Below, one piece after another: positions 29,301 to 37,560 of a stretch of 64,000 bases of DNA. Origin of the DNA: an uncultured bacterium (GTDB taxonomy: Bacteria; Acidobacteriota; Thermoanaerobaculia; Multivoradales; JAHZIX01); the NCBI GenBank assembly GCA_965368975.1, contig CBDUPA010000013.1:146644-210643 (forward strand). The letters are read 5' to 3'. Under the pieces are notes generated by a model. The model searched no databases, was not told the DNA's origin, and saw only the letters and a list, made by a program, of their open reading frames with translations. The position numbers and the translations under genes are program-made. How positions within the stretch are numbered: the stretch's first letter is position 1; every line of letters begins with the position of its first letter.

Positions 29301-29625
29301 GTCCAAACAAGGCGTCGTGCCAGCGGCGGTTCTGGAGAAGATGGCGGCGGGTCAGATGGTCAAGGTGGCCGGATCGGTGATCGTGCGTCAACGGCCGGGG
29401 ACGGCGAAGGGCGTGCTGTTCATCACCGTGGAGGACGAAAGCGGCATGGTGCAGGCGATCGTGTCGCCGGAGCAGATGCAGCAGAACCGGAAGGTGATCG
29501 TCGGGGCGGCGGGGCTGGTGATCGAGGGGAAGTTACAGCGTCGAGATGGGTCGATGTCGATTCAGGGACAGAAATTCTGGGGGTTGGAGGAGGTGGTGCG
29601 TGGGGGGAGCCATGATTGGCATTAG
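26311..29625 (+). CDS. dnaE2: Error-prone DNA polymerase DnaE2
   Basis: YVELHTASAFSFL PHP start, QGRGSAANSAVCY, PDIDLD, KVDLLGLGML, YGFPESHAASF, VRQRPGTAKG, terminal SHDWH (SRDFH-like motif). Confidence 0.95.
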   Translation: MSSDFQKQLHSNPYRSSPSARKEQQRRHAVDAAQPARRRRSEHPEYVELHTASAFSFLAGASQPEDLAARAAELELPAVALLDRGGVYGAPRFYKAAREAGIRPLVGAEIVLETAEPAPHREPGSGVGASPSDPLLLPRLSVLVRDAAGYRNLCRLLTASARRYPKGQARTDWDLLAAHAGGLHCLSGGDEGPLAHLLEGTAPERADHLLGHLRALFPGRLHVELQRHRLRAEEHRNRALLQLAERHRLPIVATNGVRYARPDDKRLQDVLTCIRHHTQLDRAGRLLDAQRLRCLRSPADMRRAFADLPAAVTESVRLAEQLDFTLDDLGYRFPDYPLPTDETPDSYLRHLTWNGARARFRPLTARAQAQIEKELAMIEKLGLAGYFLIVWDLIRFCKQENILAQGRGSAANSAVCYALSITAVDPVKMELLFERFLSEERGEWPDIDLDLPSGAQREKVIQYVYQRYGPHGAAMTANVITYRDRSAAREVSKALGYSAEQVGRLSKILRSWSYDQRRGDQDRGTEDLDQELAKSGFEPQEPRMRLFKELWHQIQYHPRHLGQHSGGMIIAHGRLDEVVPLEPAAMAGRTVIQWDKDDCADLGLIKVDLLGLGMLNALEEVVPLIRAHEGKHVDLAHLPPDDPKTFKMLQQADTVGVFQVESRAQMAALPRNHPERFYDLVIQVGIIRPGPIVGGMVHPYFERRRGRQKVEYPHPSLEPVLRRTLGIPLFQEQLLRIAMVAAGFSGGEAEELRRAMGFKRSVDRMVSIEKRLRAGMRQRGIPKDAEDQIVQSITSFALYGFPESHAASFALIAYASAYLKAHHPTAFLIGLLNAWPMGFYYPATLIKDAQRHGVEVRPIDVQVSGQRCRWEDNRRLGAVRLGLRFVRGLRAESAVAIEKAQPFEDVEDLTRRAGLRGEEVSKLAHTGALASLGLSRREAMWQAARVTRDAGPLYRNEKDTAPSPLPEMNATEEMVADYEGTGLTTGDHPIRFLREQLSKQGVVPAAVLEKMAAGQMVKVAGSVIVRQRPGTAKGVLFITVEDESGMVQAIVSPEQMQQNRKVIVGAAGLVIEGKLQRRDGSMSIQGQKFWGLEEVVRGGSHDWH

Positions 29626-30506
29626 GCGTCGTGGGCGAGGCGGAAGCCGACCGTATGAAAACGCATCGATTCTGGGAAGCCACTCCTATAGGCCGCACGC
29701 ACCCGACGAGCCATAGATGTCCAAGAGCCACCTCTAAAGACGCGTTCAACCTTCTTGCTAGGCGAATCTTTCCTATCCTCGCCATCAGAAGGTAACTCCC
29801 AAACGTCTAAACACCACTCCCAGACGTTGCCCAGCATGTCATACAACCCCCAAGCATTGGGAACCTTCATTCTGACGAGGCGAGTACCGGCCTTAGAATG
29901 CGAATACTGGACCTCCTTCCAACTTCTAGAGTCCCATCCAGTTTCTAAATCGAAATCTACTCCGCTGTTTCCTGCATACCAAGCAATTCTATCCAGCAAA
30001 GGAGCATTGTTAGCACCGACCAAGCGCAGTTCACCAACGTAGGTACTTGTTTGAGTACCAGCCCGACATGCATACTCCCATTGGGCCTCAGTTGGTAAAG
30101 ATACCGCTAGTCCCGGAACCTGCTTATTCAGCTTCTCCAAGAATGATCTACAGTCCCACCAACTAACTTGATCTACCGGCCGCTGCTCTGACTGGAAATC
30201 GCTAGGATTCTCACCCATCACTGCTTGCCAGAGATCTTGAGTACATGGTGTCTCACTGAGCCAGAAGCTCTTGGTGAATGTCACCTCATGCTGTGGCCCT
30301 TCCTGATCGAATCGGCCCTGCTCCGTCTCCGGAGAGCCCATCAGAAACCGTCCCGGCCGGATCCAGCGCATCCGGTGCGTCACCTCGCCGACCGTGAAGC
30401 CCACGAAGACACCGTACTGGTCTTCTCCCCACTCGCTCGCCCAGATCGGAGGGGCGCCTTCGTCGAGGGGGTGCGGGATGGTCTGGACTCCGCCAAATCT
30501 ACCCAC
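29622..30506 (-). CDS. FGS (formylglycine-generating enzyme / SUMF1-like, C-type lectin fold) domain protein
   Basis: RMRWIRPGRFLMGSPE, LPTEAQWEYACRAG, PNAWGLYDMLGNVWEW, RGGSW...GFRLA. Confidence 0.88.
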   Translation of the reverse strand: MGRFGGVQTIPHPLDEGAPPIWASEWGEDQYGVFVGFTVGEVTHRMRWIRPGRFLMGSPETEQGRFDQEGPQHEVTFTKSFWLSETPCTQDLWQAVMGENPSDFQSEQRPVDQVSWWDCRSFLEKLNKQVPGLAVSLPTEAQWEYACRAGTQTSTYVGELRLVGANNAPLLDRIAWYAGNSGVDFDLETGWDSRSWKEVQYSHSKAGTRLVRMKVPNAWGLYDMLGNVWEWCLDVWELPSDGEDRKDSPSKKVERVFRGGSWTSMARRVRAAYRSGFPESMRFHTVGFRLAHDA

Positions 30507-33500
30507 TTACTCTGGATCCCTGGCGAGACGGAAGCCCACATAGTCAAGGTGCTCGCTCAAGTTAACCGAACGACGAAAAGCGGCACGAATACAGTCGGCA
30601 CTATCGTCCCAAGAACCTCCGCGAACAACGCTGAATGAACCCGAATCTGCAGGTAATGGGTCCACTTGCGTCTCGATACCGTACTCGGGATGCAATCCAA
30701 GCCGATCGGCACACAACTCATTTACGTTGCCCAACATGTCGTACATCCCCCACGCATTTGGCTGCTTTAAGCCAACAGATCTTGTGCCACCGATTGCCCC
30801 AGAATATTGCCTTCCTTCCCATCCCGACATATTGCTCCCCTTCTCCAGATCAAAACCGTGCGTGCAGTTACCACCATACCAAGCGATCGCATCTAGCATG
30901 GGAGCATTGTATTTCGCCAAGATCTCTGGAATGCCAGAATAGGTGGCCGTCTGCGTCCCAGCTCGGCATGCGTACTCCCATTCCGCCTCAGACGGTAGGC
31001 GAAGAGCAAGACCTGATCGCGTCTGGTTCAGCTTCGACACGAACTCTTGGCAGTCCTCCCAGCTAACCTGTTCTACAGGCCGCCGATCCGACTTGAAGTA
31101 GCTCGGATTCTCTCCAGTCACCCCCTGCCACAGATCCTGTGTTACCGGAAACTCCCCCATCCAAAAACCACACGTCCAGGTCACAAGATGCTGCGGCCCT
31201 TCGTTGGCATACCTTGGCGTCTCCGACTCCGGCGACCCCATCCAAAACCGTCCCGGCGGAATCCATCGCATCCGCACCTCGACCCTCCCGACCTCGAACG
31301 CCGCCCAGAGCCCAAACCGATCCCGCCCCGCCGCGCTCGCCCACTCCGGACGGGTGAAGCGCCGCAATTCCACGCGCTGGCGATCCGACGTGATGATCAC
31401 CGCTGGCGCCTTCGGCAGCACTACCTTCGCAGGGCCAGATCCGAGCGGGATCCGCTGCCACAATCCCTCGCCGTGGCTCTCACGTTCGAGATCTCCGGCG
31501 TCACCAGCGCGTCCCGCGCCTTGCTCCGCCTCCGTCTCGCCCGCTCTCTTCTTGGGCTCCGCCGGCTCTTCCTGATCTTGGGCCAGGCGGACGCCCAGGT
31601 GGCTGAAGCGATCGCCCGGGGGGCGCCAGTTGCGGTACGCGGCGCGCACGTAGCGCGCGTCGTAGATCCAGGAACCGCCACGGACGACCCGGTCCGAGCC
31701 CAGCTCGGGACCCTGCGGATCCGTCACAGCCTCTGCGGAGTAGTCACCCTTCCAGTCCTGGCACCACTCGAACACGTTACCCAGCGTGTCGAAAAGGCCC
31801 CATGCGTTCGCGCCTTTCTCGCCGACCTCGTGAGTGCCACCCTCACTGTTCGCACCGTACCAAGCAATCCCCTCAAGTTCGGAGCTGTAGCGGCTCGTTC
31901 TCGTTCCAGCCCGGCACGCGTACTCCCACTCCGCTTCTGTGGGCAGGCGGAGCCGGAGACCTGCAACGCACTCGTTCAGCTTCACGAGGAGCTGCTGGCA
32001 GTCGTCCCAGCTGACTTGCTCTACCGGCCGCCGGGGCCCCTTGAAGTAGCTTGGATTCTTGCCGGTGACGGCCTGCCACAAGTCCTGCGTCGTCGGTACC
32101 TCGGCCAGCCAGTAGCCACGACTGAGCGTGACCTGGTGCTGCGGCCCTTCGTCGTCGTCGCGCTCTTCTTCGTCCTCCGGCGAGCCCAAGAGGAACGTTC
32201 CCGGCGGGATCCAGCGCATCCGGACACGGACTCCCTCGACCTCGAAAGCGGCCCAGCGGCCGTAACGGTCTTCACCGCCGTCGATGGCCCAGGAGGGGAG
32301 GGGCTCAACCGACTTCGTTTCCAGATGTAGGAACTCCCGCGCCGAAAGGATTTCAATCCAGGGACTCCTGCCTGCGGCCTGCAGCGCCTCTGCAACACCA
32401 TTGGCCCGGACTTCTAGCCCCCCTCCAACCTCCCACAACGCGTACCTTCGTTCACTCTGCCCCGCGTACTCCTCCACCTCAGCCGGGCTCAAGAGCTCCG
32501 GGACCGGCACGTTCTTCAACCGACTCCGAGCCAGCCTCAACGTCCGCGTCAAGACCGGCCCCAGCTCGGAGTCCTTCCAGGCACGTTGCGGCAATCGCGG
32601 ACAAGCTCGCGCGAACCAGTGCAGAATCGGCAACTGGTGCGAGGCCTGCTCTCCTTCCTCCTGCACCGTGACCGCCAACTGCTGCCAGAAGCATTCCATC
32701 GCCTCGACTTCATCGGCAGACACCAGAGACAGGGCACCGGAAGTAACCAGGCTCAGCACTTCTTCCTGCCAGATCTCCTGCGGCAACGAGGTATGCCAAC
32801 GACGGATCACCGCAACAGCCTGCTCTTGCAGCACCGGTTCCAATTCCAAGAACGCTCGCCGCCAACGCTCGACGGCCTTTGACTGGAAGCTCAGGCCAAC
32901 CGGCGAGCTACTGTCGACATCGGGATGGTTCCAAGCGTCGATCTCTGTGCCGATATCAGCGTCTTGCGCGGGCAAGACTTGCCGCAGAGCACGCAGCAGG
33001 CCGGGCTCGATGCGCAAAGCCGGGGACATCAGGGTAAGCAATACCTCGCTTCGAGCCTGCAACTCCCTTGCAGACAGTGAACGTCCACGGCGAGCCGGTG
33101 AGCGCAAGGGGTTGCCGGCGTCGAGTGGCTTCCAGAGCCGGGTCACACCTGACGTCCAGCGGTTGGCCGGGAGTGGTACGACGGACCGTAAGCGCGCTTC
33201 CCGCCGCTGCAGCCGACGTCCAAGGCGTTTCCAGGCCTGGCGTTGCCGCTTGTCCCCTCGGAATCCCAAGTCGCTCAGAACAAGAACAGTGTCGCCGCGC
33301 AGGGCTTCAGGATTCAACAGAGAATTCGGCAGCAACCAGGGGCCACTAGCCCCACACAGACTGGTCGCCACACGTAGGCTCGCCACACCCAGAAGGCGCC
33401 GCAACTTACAAACGAGAACATCCTGATCGTGCCAGAAGGGAACCAGGGAGACATTCCGGTCGATCAGGACTGTCACCCTGGGGCTCCAAGCCGCGGTGCG

Positions 33501-34010
33501 GAGTCTAGGCATCTCGGGAACGATCTCTCCGCGACTCCAACGCCGCACGAGCGCCGACACGTCGACACGCCGACTCGGGATCGATGAGCGCAAGAGTCGA
33601 TGCAGGGCAGGCTCGAGCCGTGCCCAGGGGGCGGTCGGTGGCGAAGCCGGCCAGTCCTGGCTCGGACTGAGAGCCGCCAAGTCAAGTCCACCGGCGTTCT
33701 CTTCCGTAGGCTCCGCCGACTCCGGTTCTTCGAAGAACTCGACCCTCTCCGGCCGCCAGAAGGGAGTGGGAGCCAGGGGGGCCCGGGCCTGCTCCGCAGG
33801 ATCGTGCTCAACGGCCTGCGCACCTCGAGTTACTACCGCTTCCGCACCGGCCGTGGCGCCGTCTCGCACGGCTGGCCCCGTTTCAGGTCTCTGGTACCCC
33901 AGCATTCGAGCCGTGCTTCGCAGCTCAGACTCGCCAGCCACGAGTGCCCGCAAGAGGTCAGCTCGGCCGAGGCACGGCGGTCGCCGGGCAGCGGCTTGCA
34001 GGCTCACCAC
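30507..34010 (-). CDS. vWA-like N-terminal module fused to two FGS domains (MoxR partner)
   Basis: LGRADLLRAL start, VTVLIDRNVSLVPF (degenerate MIDAS) and VLVLSDLG, then two FGS domains each with LP(T/S)EAEWEYACRAG and RGGSW. Confidence 0.82.
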   Translation of the reverse strand: MVSLQAAARRPPCLGRADLLRALVAGESELRSTARMLGYQRPETGPAVRDGATAGAEAVVTRGAQAVEHDPAEQARAPLAPTPFWRPERVEFFEEPESAEPTEENAGGLDLAALSPSQDWPASPPTAPWARLEPALHRLLRSSIPSRRVDVSALVRRWSRGEIVPEMPRLRTAAWSPRVTVLIDRNVSLVPFWHDQDVLVCKLRRLLGVASLRVATSLCGASGPWLLPNSLLNPEALRGDTVLVLSDLGFRGDKRQRQAWKRLGRRLQRREARLRSVVPLPANRWTSGVTRLWKPLDAGNPLRSPARRGRSLSARELQARSEVLLTLMSPALRIEPGLLRALRQVLPAQDADIGTEIDAWNHPDVDSSSPVGLSFQSKAVERWRRAFLELEPVLQEQAVAVIRRWHTSLPQEIWQEEVLSLVTSGALSLVSADEVEAMECFWQQLAVTVQEEGEQASHQLPILHWFARACPRLPQRAWKDSELGPVLTRTLRLARSRLKNVPVPELLSPAEVEEYAGQSERRYALWEVGGGLEVRANGVAEALQAAGRSPWIEILSAREFLHLETKSVEPLPSWAIDGGEDRYGRWAAFEVEGVRVRMRWIPPGTFLLGSPEDEEERDDDEGPQHQVTLSRGYWLAEVPTTQDLWQAVTGKNPSYFKGPRRPVEQVSWDDCQQLLVKLNECVAGLRLRLPTEAEWEYACRAGTRTSRYSSELEGIAWYGANSEGGTHEVGEKGANAWGLFDTLGNVFEWCQDWKGDYSAEAVTDPQGPELGSDRVVRGGSWIYDARYVRAAYRNWRPPGDRFSHLGVRLAQDQEEPAEPKKRAGETEAEQGAGRAGDAGDLERESHGEGLWQRIPLGSGPAKVVLPKAPAVIITSDRQRVELRRFTRPEWASAAGRDRFGLWAAFEVGRVEVRMRWIPPGRFWMGSPESETPRYANEGPQHLVTWTCGFWMGEFPVTQDLWQGVTGENPSYFKSDRRPVEQVSWEDCQEFVSKLNQTRSGLALRLPSEAEWEYACRAGTQTATYSGIPEILAKYNAPMLDAIAWYGGNCTHGFDLEKGSNMSGWEGRQYSGAIGGTRSVGLKQPNAWGMYDMLGNVNELCADRLGLHPEYGIETQVDPLPADSGSFSVVRGGSWDDSADCIRAAFRRSVNLSEHLDYVGFRLARDPE

Positions 34011-35008
34011 GGACTGTCTTCAGGGTGCTTCCGCAGAGCGAAATCGCGGATCTTGATCAACCACTCCTTCTGCAGCTCCTCGCGCTGCTCCAGGGGCATC
34101 TCACGATCCCGAGTCAAGGTATCCAGAGCCCGCAGCAGGTCGAGGTACTCCGCGCCGCCAGGAGGAAAGAGTCCACGGTTGCGAATCACCTTCCGATCCT
34201 GCAAGAGCTGTTCGGCAGCTTCCCTGCGGATTTCCGGGCTCAATTCAGGGAAGTGCGCTTCGCCACGTTGCATCAGCAGACGGATGAACTCATCGGCTTC
34301 GCTCTCTTCCTCTGGCCACTTGAGCTGCAGCACCAGGCAACGACGCAGGAAAGCATCTGGCAGGGCGCGATCCTCGTTGGTTGTCAGGATGACCAACGGT
34401 CGGGCCAAGCTTTCGGCATCTTGCGCCACCTCGACGCCTCCTGGCCCGGTGAATCGCCCGGCGCCCAGGGCTTCCAGCAAACCATTTGGAACTGCGGTGT
34501 CCGCTTTGTCGATCTCGTCGATCAAGAGGACAGTACCTTGATCCGGTTGCCAGTCTTTGGGCTCGACAGGGGCTGGGGCTCCGACTTCCTTGGCCTGAGT
34601 CTTGGCGCTGTTCCAATGAAAAGCCCACCAGAGTGGTCCCGGGGCCAGGAAGCGAGTCTCCTTCAGTTGTTCGCGCACCTTCGCTTCATCCTTCACATCG
34701 AGCGCTCCCTGGACCTGAGCTTCCGCCAGACGCGCCACAGCATCGAAGCTCCAGAGCAGATCGCGGGCTTCGGTTCGCGCGTCGATGACCGTCGTGATGA
34801 GGGCGCGGTTCAAGGCCACTGCCGCCGCGCGGGCCAGCTGACTCTTGCCAGTGCCTGGTTCCCCGCGTATCAGCAGCGGTCGGTTCGCCGCCAGCGCAGC
34901 GTCGAGCGCGTCGATCGAGGTCTGGCTGAAGACGTGGACTGTCGATGGCAGGGCTCCGAGCTTGGGCAGGGGAAAAGGCTTCTCGGCTTCAATCTGAAAG
35001 TAGCTCAA
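34004..35008 (-). CDS. MoxR-family AAA+ ATPase
   Basis: RPLLIRGEPGTGKSQLA, DLLWSFDAVARL, LLIDEIDKAD, TTNEDRALPDAFLRRC. Confidence 0.93.
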   Translation of the reverse strand: MSYFQIEAEKPFPLPKLGALPSTVHVFSQTSIDALDAALAANRPLLIRGEPGTGKSQLARAAAVALNRALITTVIDARTEARDLLWSFDAVARLAEAQVQGALDVKDEAKVREQLKETRFLAPGPLWWAFHWNSAKTQAKEVGAPAPVEPKDWQPDQGTVLLIDEIDKADTAVPNGLLEALGAGRFTGPGGVEVAQDAESLARPLVILTTNEDRALPDAFLRRCLVLQLKWPEEESEADEFIRLLMQRGEAHFPELSPEIRREAAEQLLQDRKVIRNRGLFPPGGAEYLDLLRALDTLTRDREMPLEQREELQKEWLIKIRDFALRKHPEDSPW

Positions 35009-36465
35009 TTCGGCTCCTCGTCGGTCTTGCGGTCACGAACCAAGATGAAACGCAGTGGACCTTCGATCTCTTCGATCTCGATTGTCCAATCCACGTCGCC
35101 ACCGGTCAGCTGAATGATCTTCAGCTCCCGAACACACTCCTGCAACTGCCGAAGCGCCAGTTTGTGCCTTTCCAAGAACTCCTGACTACACAGGAGATAG
35201 CGCGATCGCCCATCGCCTCTCTTCTTGTGCAGGCGAAGATGAATATCGATCAACTCGCCACGCTTTCGGTTGCGTTCCTGAGGCGCTGTCTGCAACACGC
35301 GGACGCGCTGGCTTTCCGGCACCAAGTGCATCGCCAGTGCTTTGAGAAACGTATCTAGCGCGAATTCTCCTTTCAGATCGAGGCCCACCTCTGGAATCTT
35401 TCCCATTTCCGAGAAGGGCTGCGGATCTTGGGCCTGATCCTCTAGCGGGCGGAAACTATACGGCTGTCGGTCCTCTGCAGCCATCACGATTTCCGCCACT
35501 GTCGGCGTCGCCACGGGAATCTGCAGGATCAAGGCGCCGCTAGAACTTTCAGAAAATGGAGCGAGGAGGTGCCGATCGTAGAACATGGGCAGGAGGTGGG
35601 CCAGGATGTCTTCAATCACCTGGGCAGCCTTTACGCTGCGCTGCCTCATCAGGCTCTTGTGTGCCCCGTGGAGCACGTCCAAGAGCTCTTCCACCGTCGT
35701 TCGCTCACAGAGGAAGGAAACGACTTCTCTCTCGGTCATCGGTTCCAGGACCTCGCGCCAGCACTCCTGTGACTGAATCGCTCTGGCGGCCTCAGGTTCT
35801 CTCGAAAGGAGGCTCGTCAAGCGATCACGCGTCACGTTCCAGCGATCGAGATCGACTCCCAAGGCATCTCGAAAGTCGGGCAGTAATAGAAGCTGATGCA
35901 TTGGGGTTGCATCGACTCGCCAGGCCGTGAACTCGGACCTGGCTTGCCGAATGACACCGAAGATCCGCCCACCTACGAAAATGGGGGCACCCGAGATTCC
36001 TTGCAAGTACTCAACGTTTTCCGGGGGCGCTTCGACCGTCACGGTAAAACGGTGCGCTTGCTTGGCCACCGCTGGAGCCGTGCCGTTCAACGCTTCCATT
36101 CGATCCGCTACCGTGGTGCCTAAGGACGCCGTCCGGGCGCAGCCTCTCGATTCCCAGTCCTGCTGAACCGGCAACGGATTTCCCGATAGTAGGCAGAAGG
36201 ACGAAACAATGCCTCGAACGGGTTGACAACGGAGAACTGCTGCATCAATGCCATCTTCGGCGTTCTGGCACCAGAGCGTTTCCTCGACCGGCACTGTCAC
36301 CACCTGGCCCTGATCGCCGTCCAACAGAATCTCGACTCGAATTGCATCTTTGACCACGTGACCGGCCGTCAGGATGCGATCCCCGCCGAGCAAATAGCCG
36401 GTCCCCGTCTTCCCACCCCCACCGGCGAACTCCGAGTTGACTTGCACAAAGCGTCTCAGATCCAT
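35005..36465 (-). CDS. Trypsin-like serine peptidase fused to an uncharacterised C-terminal region
   Basis: GTGYLL, ILTAGHVV (His), DAAVL (Asp), GISGAPI (Ser); ATGA overlap with the MoxR gene. Confidence 0.85.
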   Translation of the reverse strand: MDLRRFVQVNSEFAGGGGKTGTGYLLGGDRILTAGHVVKDAIRVEILLDGDQGQVVTVPVEETLWCQNAEDGIDAAVLRCQPVRGIVSSFCLLSGNPLPVQQDWESRGCARTASLGTTVADRMEALNGTAPAVAKQAHRFTVTVEAPPENVEYLQGISGAPIFVGGRIFGVIRQARSEFTAWRVDATPMHQLLLLPDFRDALGVDLDRWNVTRDRLTSLLSREPEAARAIQSQECWREVLEPMTEREVVSFLCERTTVEELLDVLHGAHKSLMRQRSVKAAQVIEDILAHLLPMFYDRHLLAPFSESSSGALILQIPVATPTVAEIVMAAEDRQPYSFRPLEDQAQDPQPFSEMGKIPEVGLDLKGEFALDTFLKALAMHLVPESQRVRVLQTAPQERNRKRGELIDIHLRLHKKRGDGRSRYLLCSQEFLERHKLALRQLQECVRELKIIQLTGGDVDWTIEIEEIEGPLRFILVRDRKTDEEPN

Positions 36466-36493
36466 TCAAACCTCCAAGAAAATTGATGCTGAA

Positions 36494-36823
36494 TCACCCT
36501 CTAGCCGGTGTCGAGGCTGACAGATCCACTGGCTCTTTCCTAGTCGTCCCATCCATGGGATCGAACCAGGGTTTGAGCTTCAGCTTGACGGTGTGAACCG
36601 CGCCGGTCTGCCTCTTGCCTTCCGCGCCCACTTCCGCTCCGACCCCTAGAACATTGAAGCTGACCTTGCCATTGCCTCCGCCTTCCTGATTCACAGTGAC
36701 CTGGGCTTCCACTTCGACTTCCTGCAAGTCGAAGCGCAAACGGTTCCCGTGGCCCAAAGCCATGGCGGTAGTCAACTCTTCCCGCAGATTCTCCACAAAA
36801 TCGGCCAGCCGAATCTCAGACAT
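36494..36823 (-). CDS. Trypsin co-occurring domain protein (Trypco2-like)
   Basis: IRLADFVENLREEL...LRFDLQEVEVEAQV...GKVSFNVLG...HTVKLKLKP; lies directly upstream of the trypsin gene. Confidence 0.8.
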   Translation of the reverse strand: MSEIRLADFVENLREELTTAMALGHGNRLRFDLQEVEVEAQVTVNQEGGGNGKVSFNVLGVGAEVGAEGKRQTGAVHTVKLKLKPWFDPMDGTTRKEPVDLSASTPARG

Positions 36824-36896
36824 GCGCGTCTCCTTCAAAGTTCAAATGTCTGAGTGAGGATATACCAGACAAGGATCCGGAAGCGGCTGACGCCGC

Positions 36897-36983
36897 AGGA
36901 CAGGCACAGGGGCCTACCCCTACAACAGAGACCGGAATTGCCGCCTTGCCAATGTAGGGGTACCCCCCTGTGGGTGCCCCTAC
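36897..36983. repeat. Inverted REP-like (GTAG-family) doublet
   Basis: AGGACAGGCACAGGGGCCTACCCCTAC and GTAGGGGTACCCCCCTGTGGGTGCCCCTAC in inverted orientation, 30-bp spacer; each is a GTAG-led imperfect palindrome. Confidence 0.65.
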
Positions 36984-37022
36984 CCAGAACAGACCGTATC
37001 CGCTGAATCCGGCGCCGCTTGC

Positions 37023-37427
37023 CTACCGCTCTTCCCGATACGGCCGCTCGGCGTAGATATCCGCCGGCTTCTTCAGCTGGCCGTTCATCACGATGACATC
37101 GTCATCATTGCCGAACTGCCCATCCGGACCGGCGGAGATCAGATCGTAGTGATCGTCGATCCACTTGCGGTAGTAGAGGTCATTACCCCAGCCATCGACC
37201 GGATCGGGCATGCCTTCGCGCAGCTCTGGCTTGATGTCCATCAGCCGCTCCGGCATCTCGAAATTGGCGTCGCGGTCGGTGGTCAGGTGGGCTTTGAGGG
37301 CACCAGCCCAGGCGAACATGGTGGTCTCGGTCTGGGTTTGCGGACCGCTACAGGCACCAAGGGCTGCGACGGCGAGCACGAGGATGAGGGTGAGCGAAGA
37401 CGAAGGGAAGTGACGGGAAGCCTGCAT
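37023..37427 (-). CDS. Lipoprotein with GspG/T2SSG-like C-terminal domain
   Basis: Lipobox LGAC; PDPVDGWGNDLYY...YDLISAGPDGQFGNDDDV; RBS AAGGAG before ATG 37427. Confidence 0.75.
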   Translation of the reverse strand: MQASRHFPSSSLTLILVLAVAALGACSGPQTQTETTMFAWAGALKAHLTTDRDANFEMPERLMDIKPELREGMPDPVDGWGNDLYYRKWIDDHYDLISAGPDGQFGNDDDVIVMNGQLKKPADIYAERPYREER

Positions 37428-37560
37428 AGCGATCTCCTTTTGACGTTGGGTACAGCTCCGCCGGACGCTGCAAATGGATCTGCAGCCGCGGCAGTTTCTA
37501 AATGGTGAGAGGTCAACGTAAAGGGAGTCGCCAGTATAGCAGGGCGACTCGACAGCAAGG

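Noticed and set aside
29622-32300. FGS domains as true sulfatase-maturing enzymes for the gene at 14693-17620
   Set aside because: They lack the catalytic Cys pair after RGGS, sit in a MoxR operon, and the sulfatase-like protein has no Cys/Ser motif to modify.
29622-36983. Complete diversity-generating retroelement
   Set aside because: No reverse transcriptase, Avd or AAC-rich template repeat was seen in the window; only a candidate target is reported.
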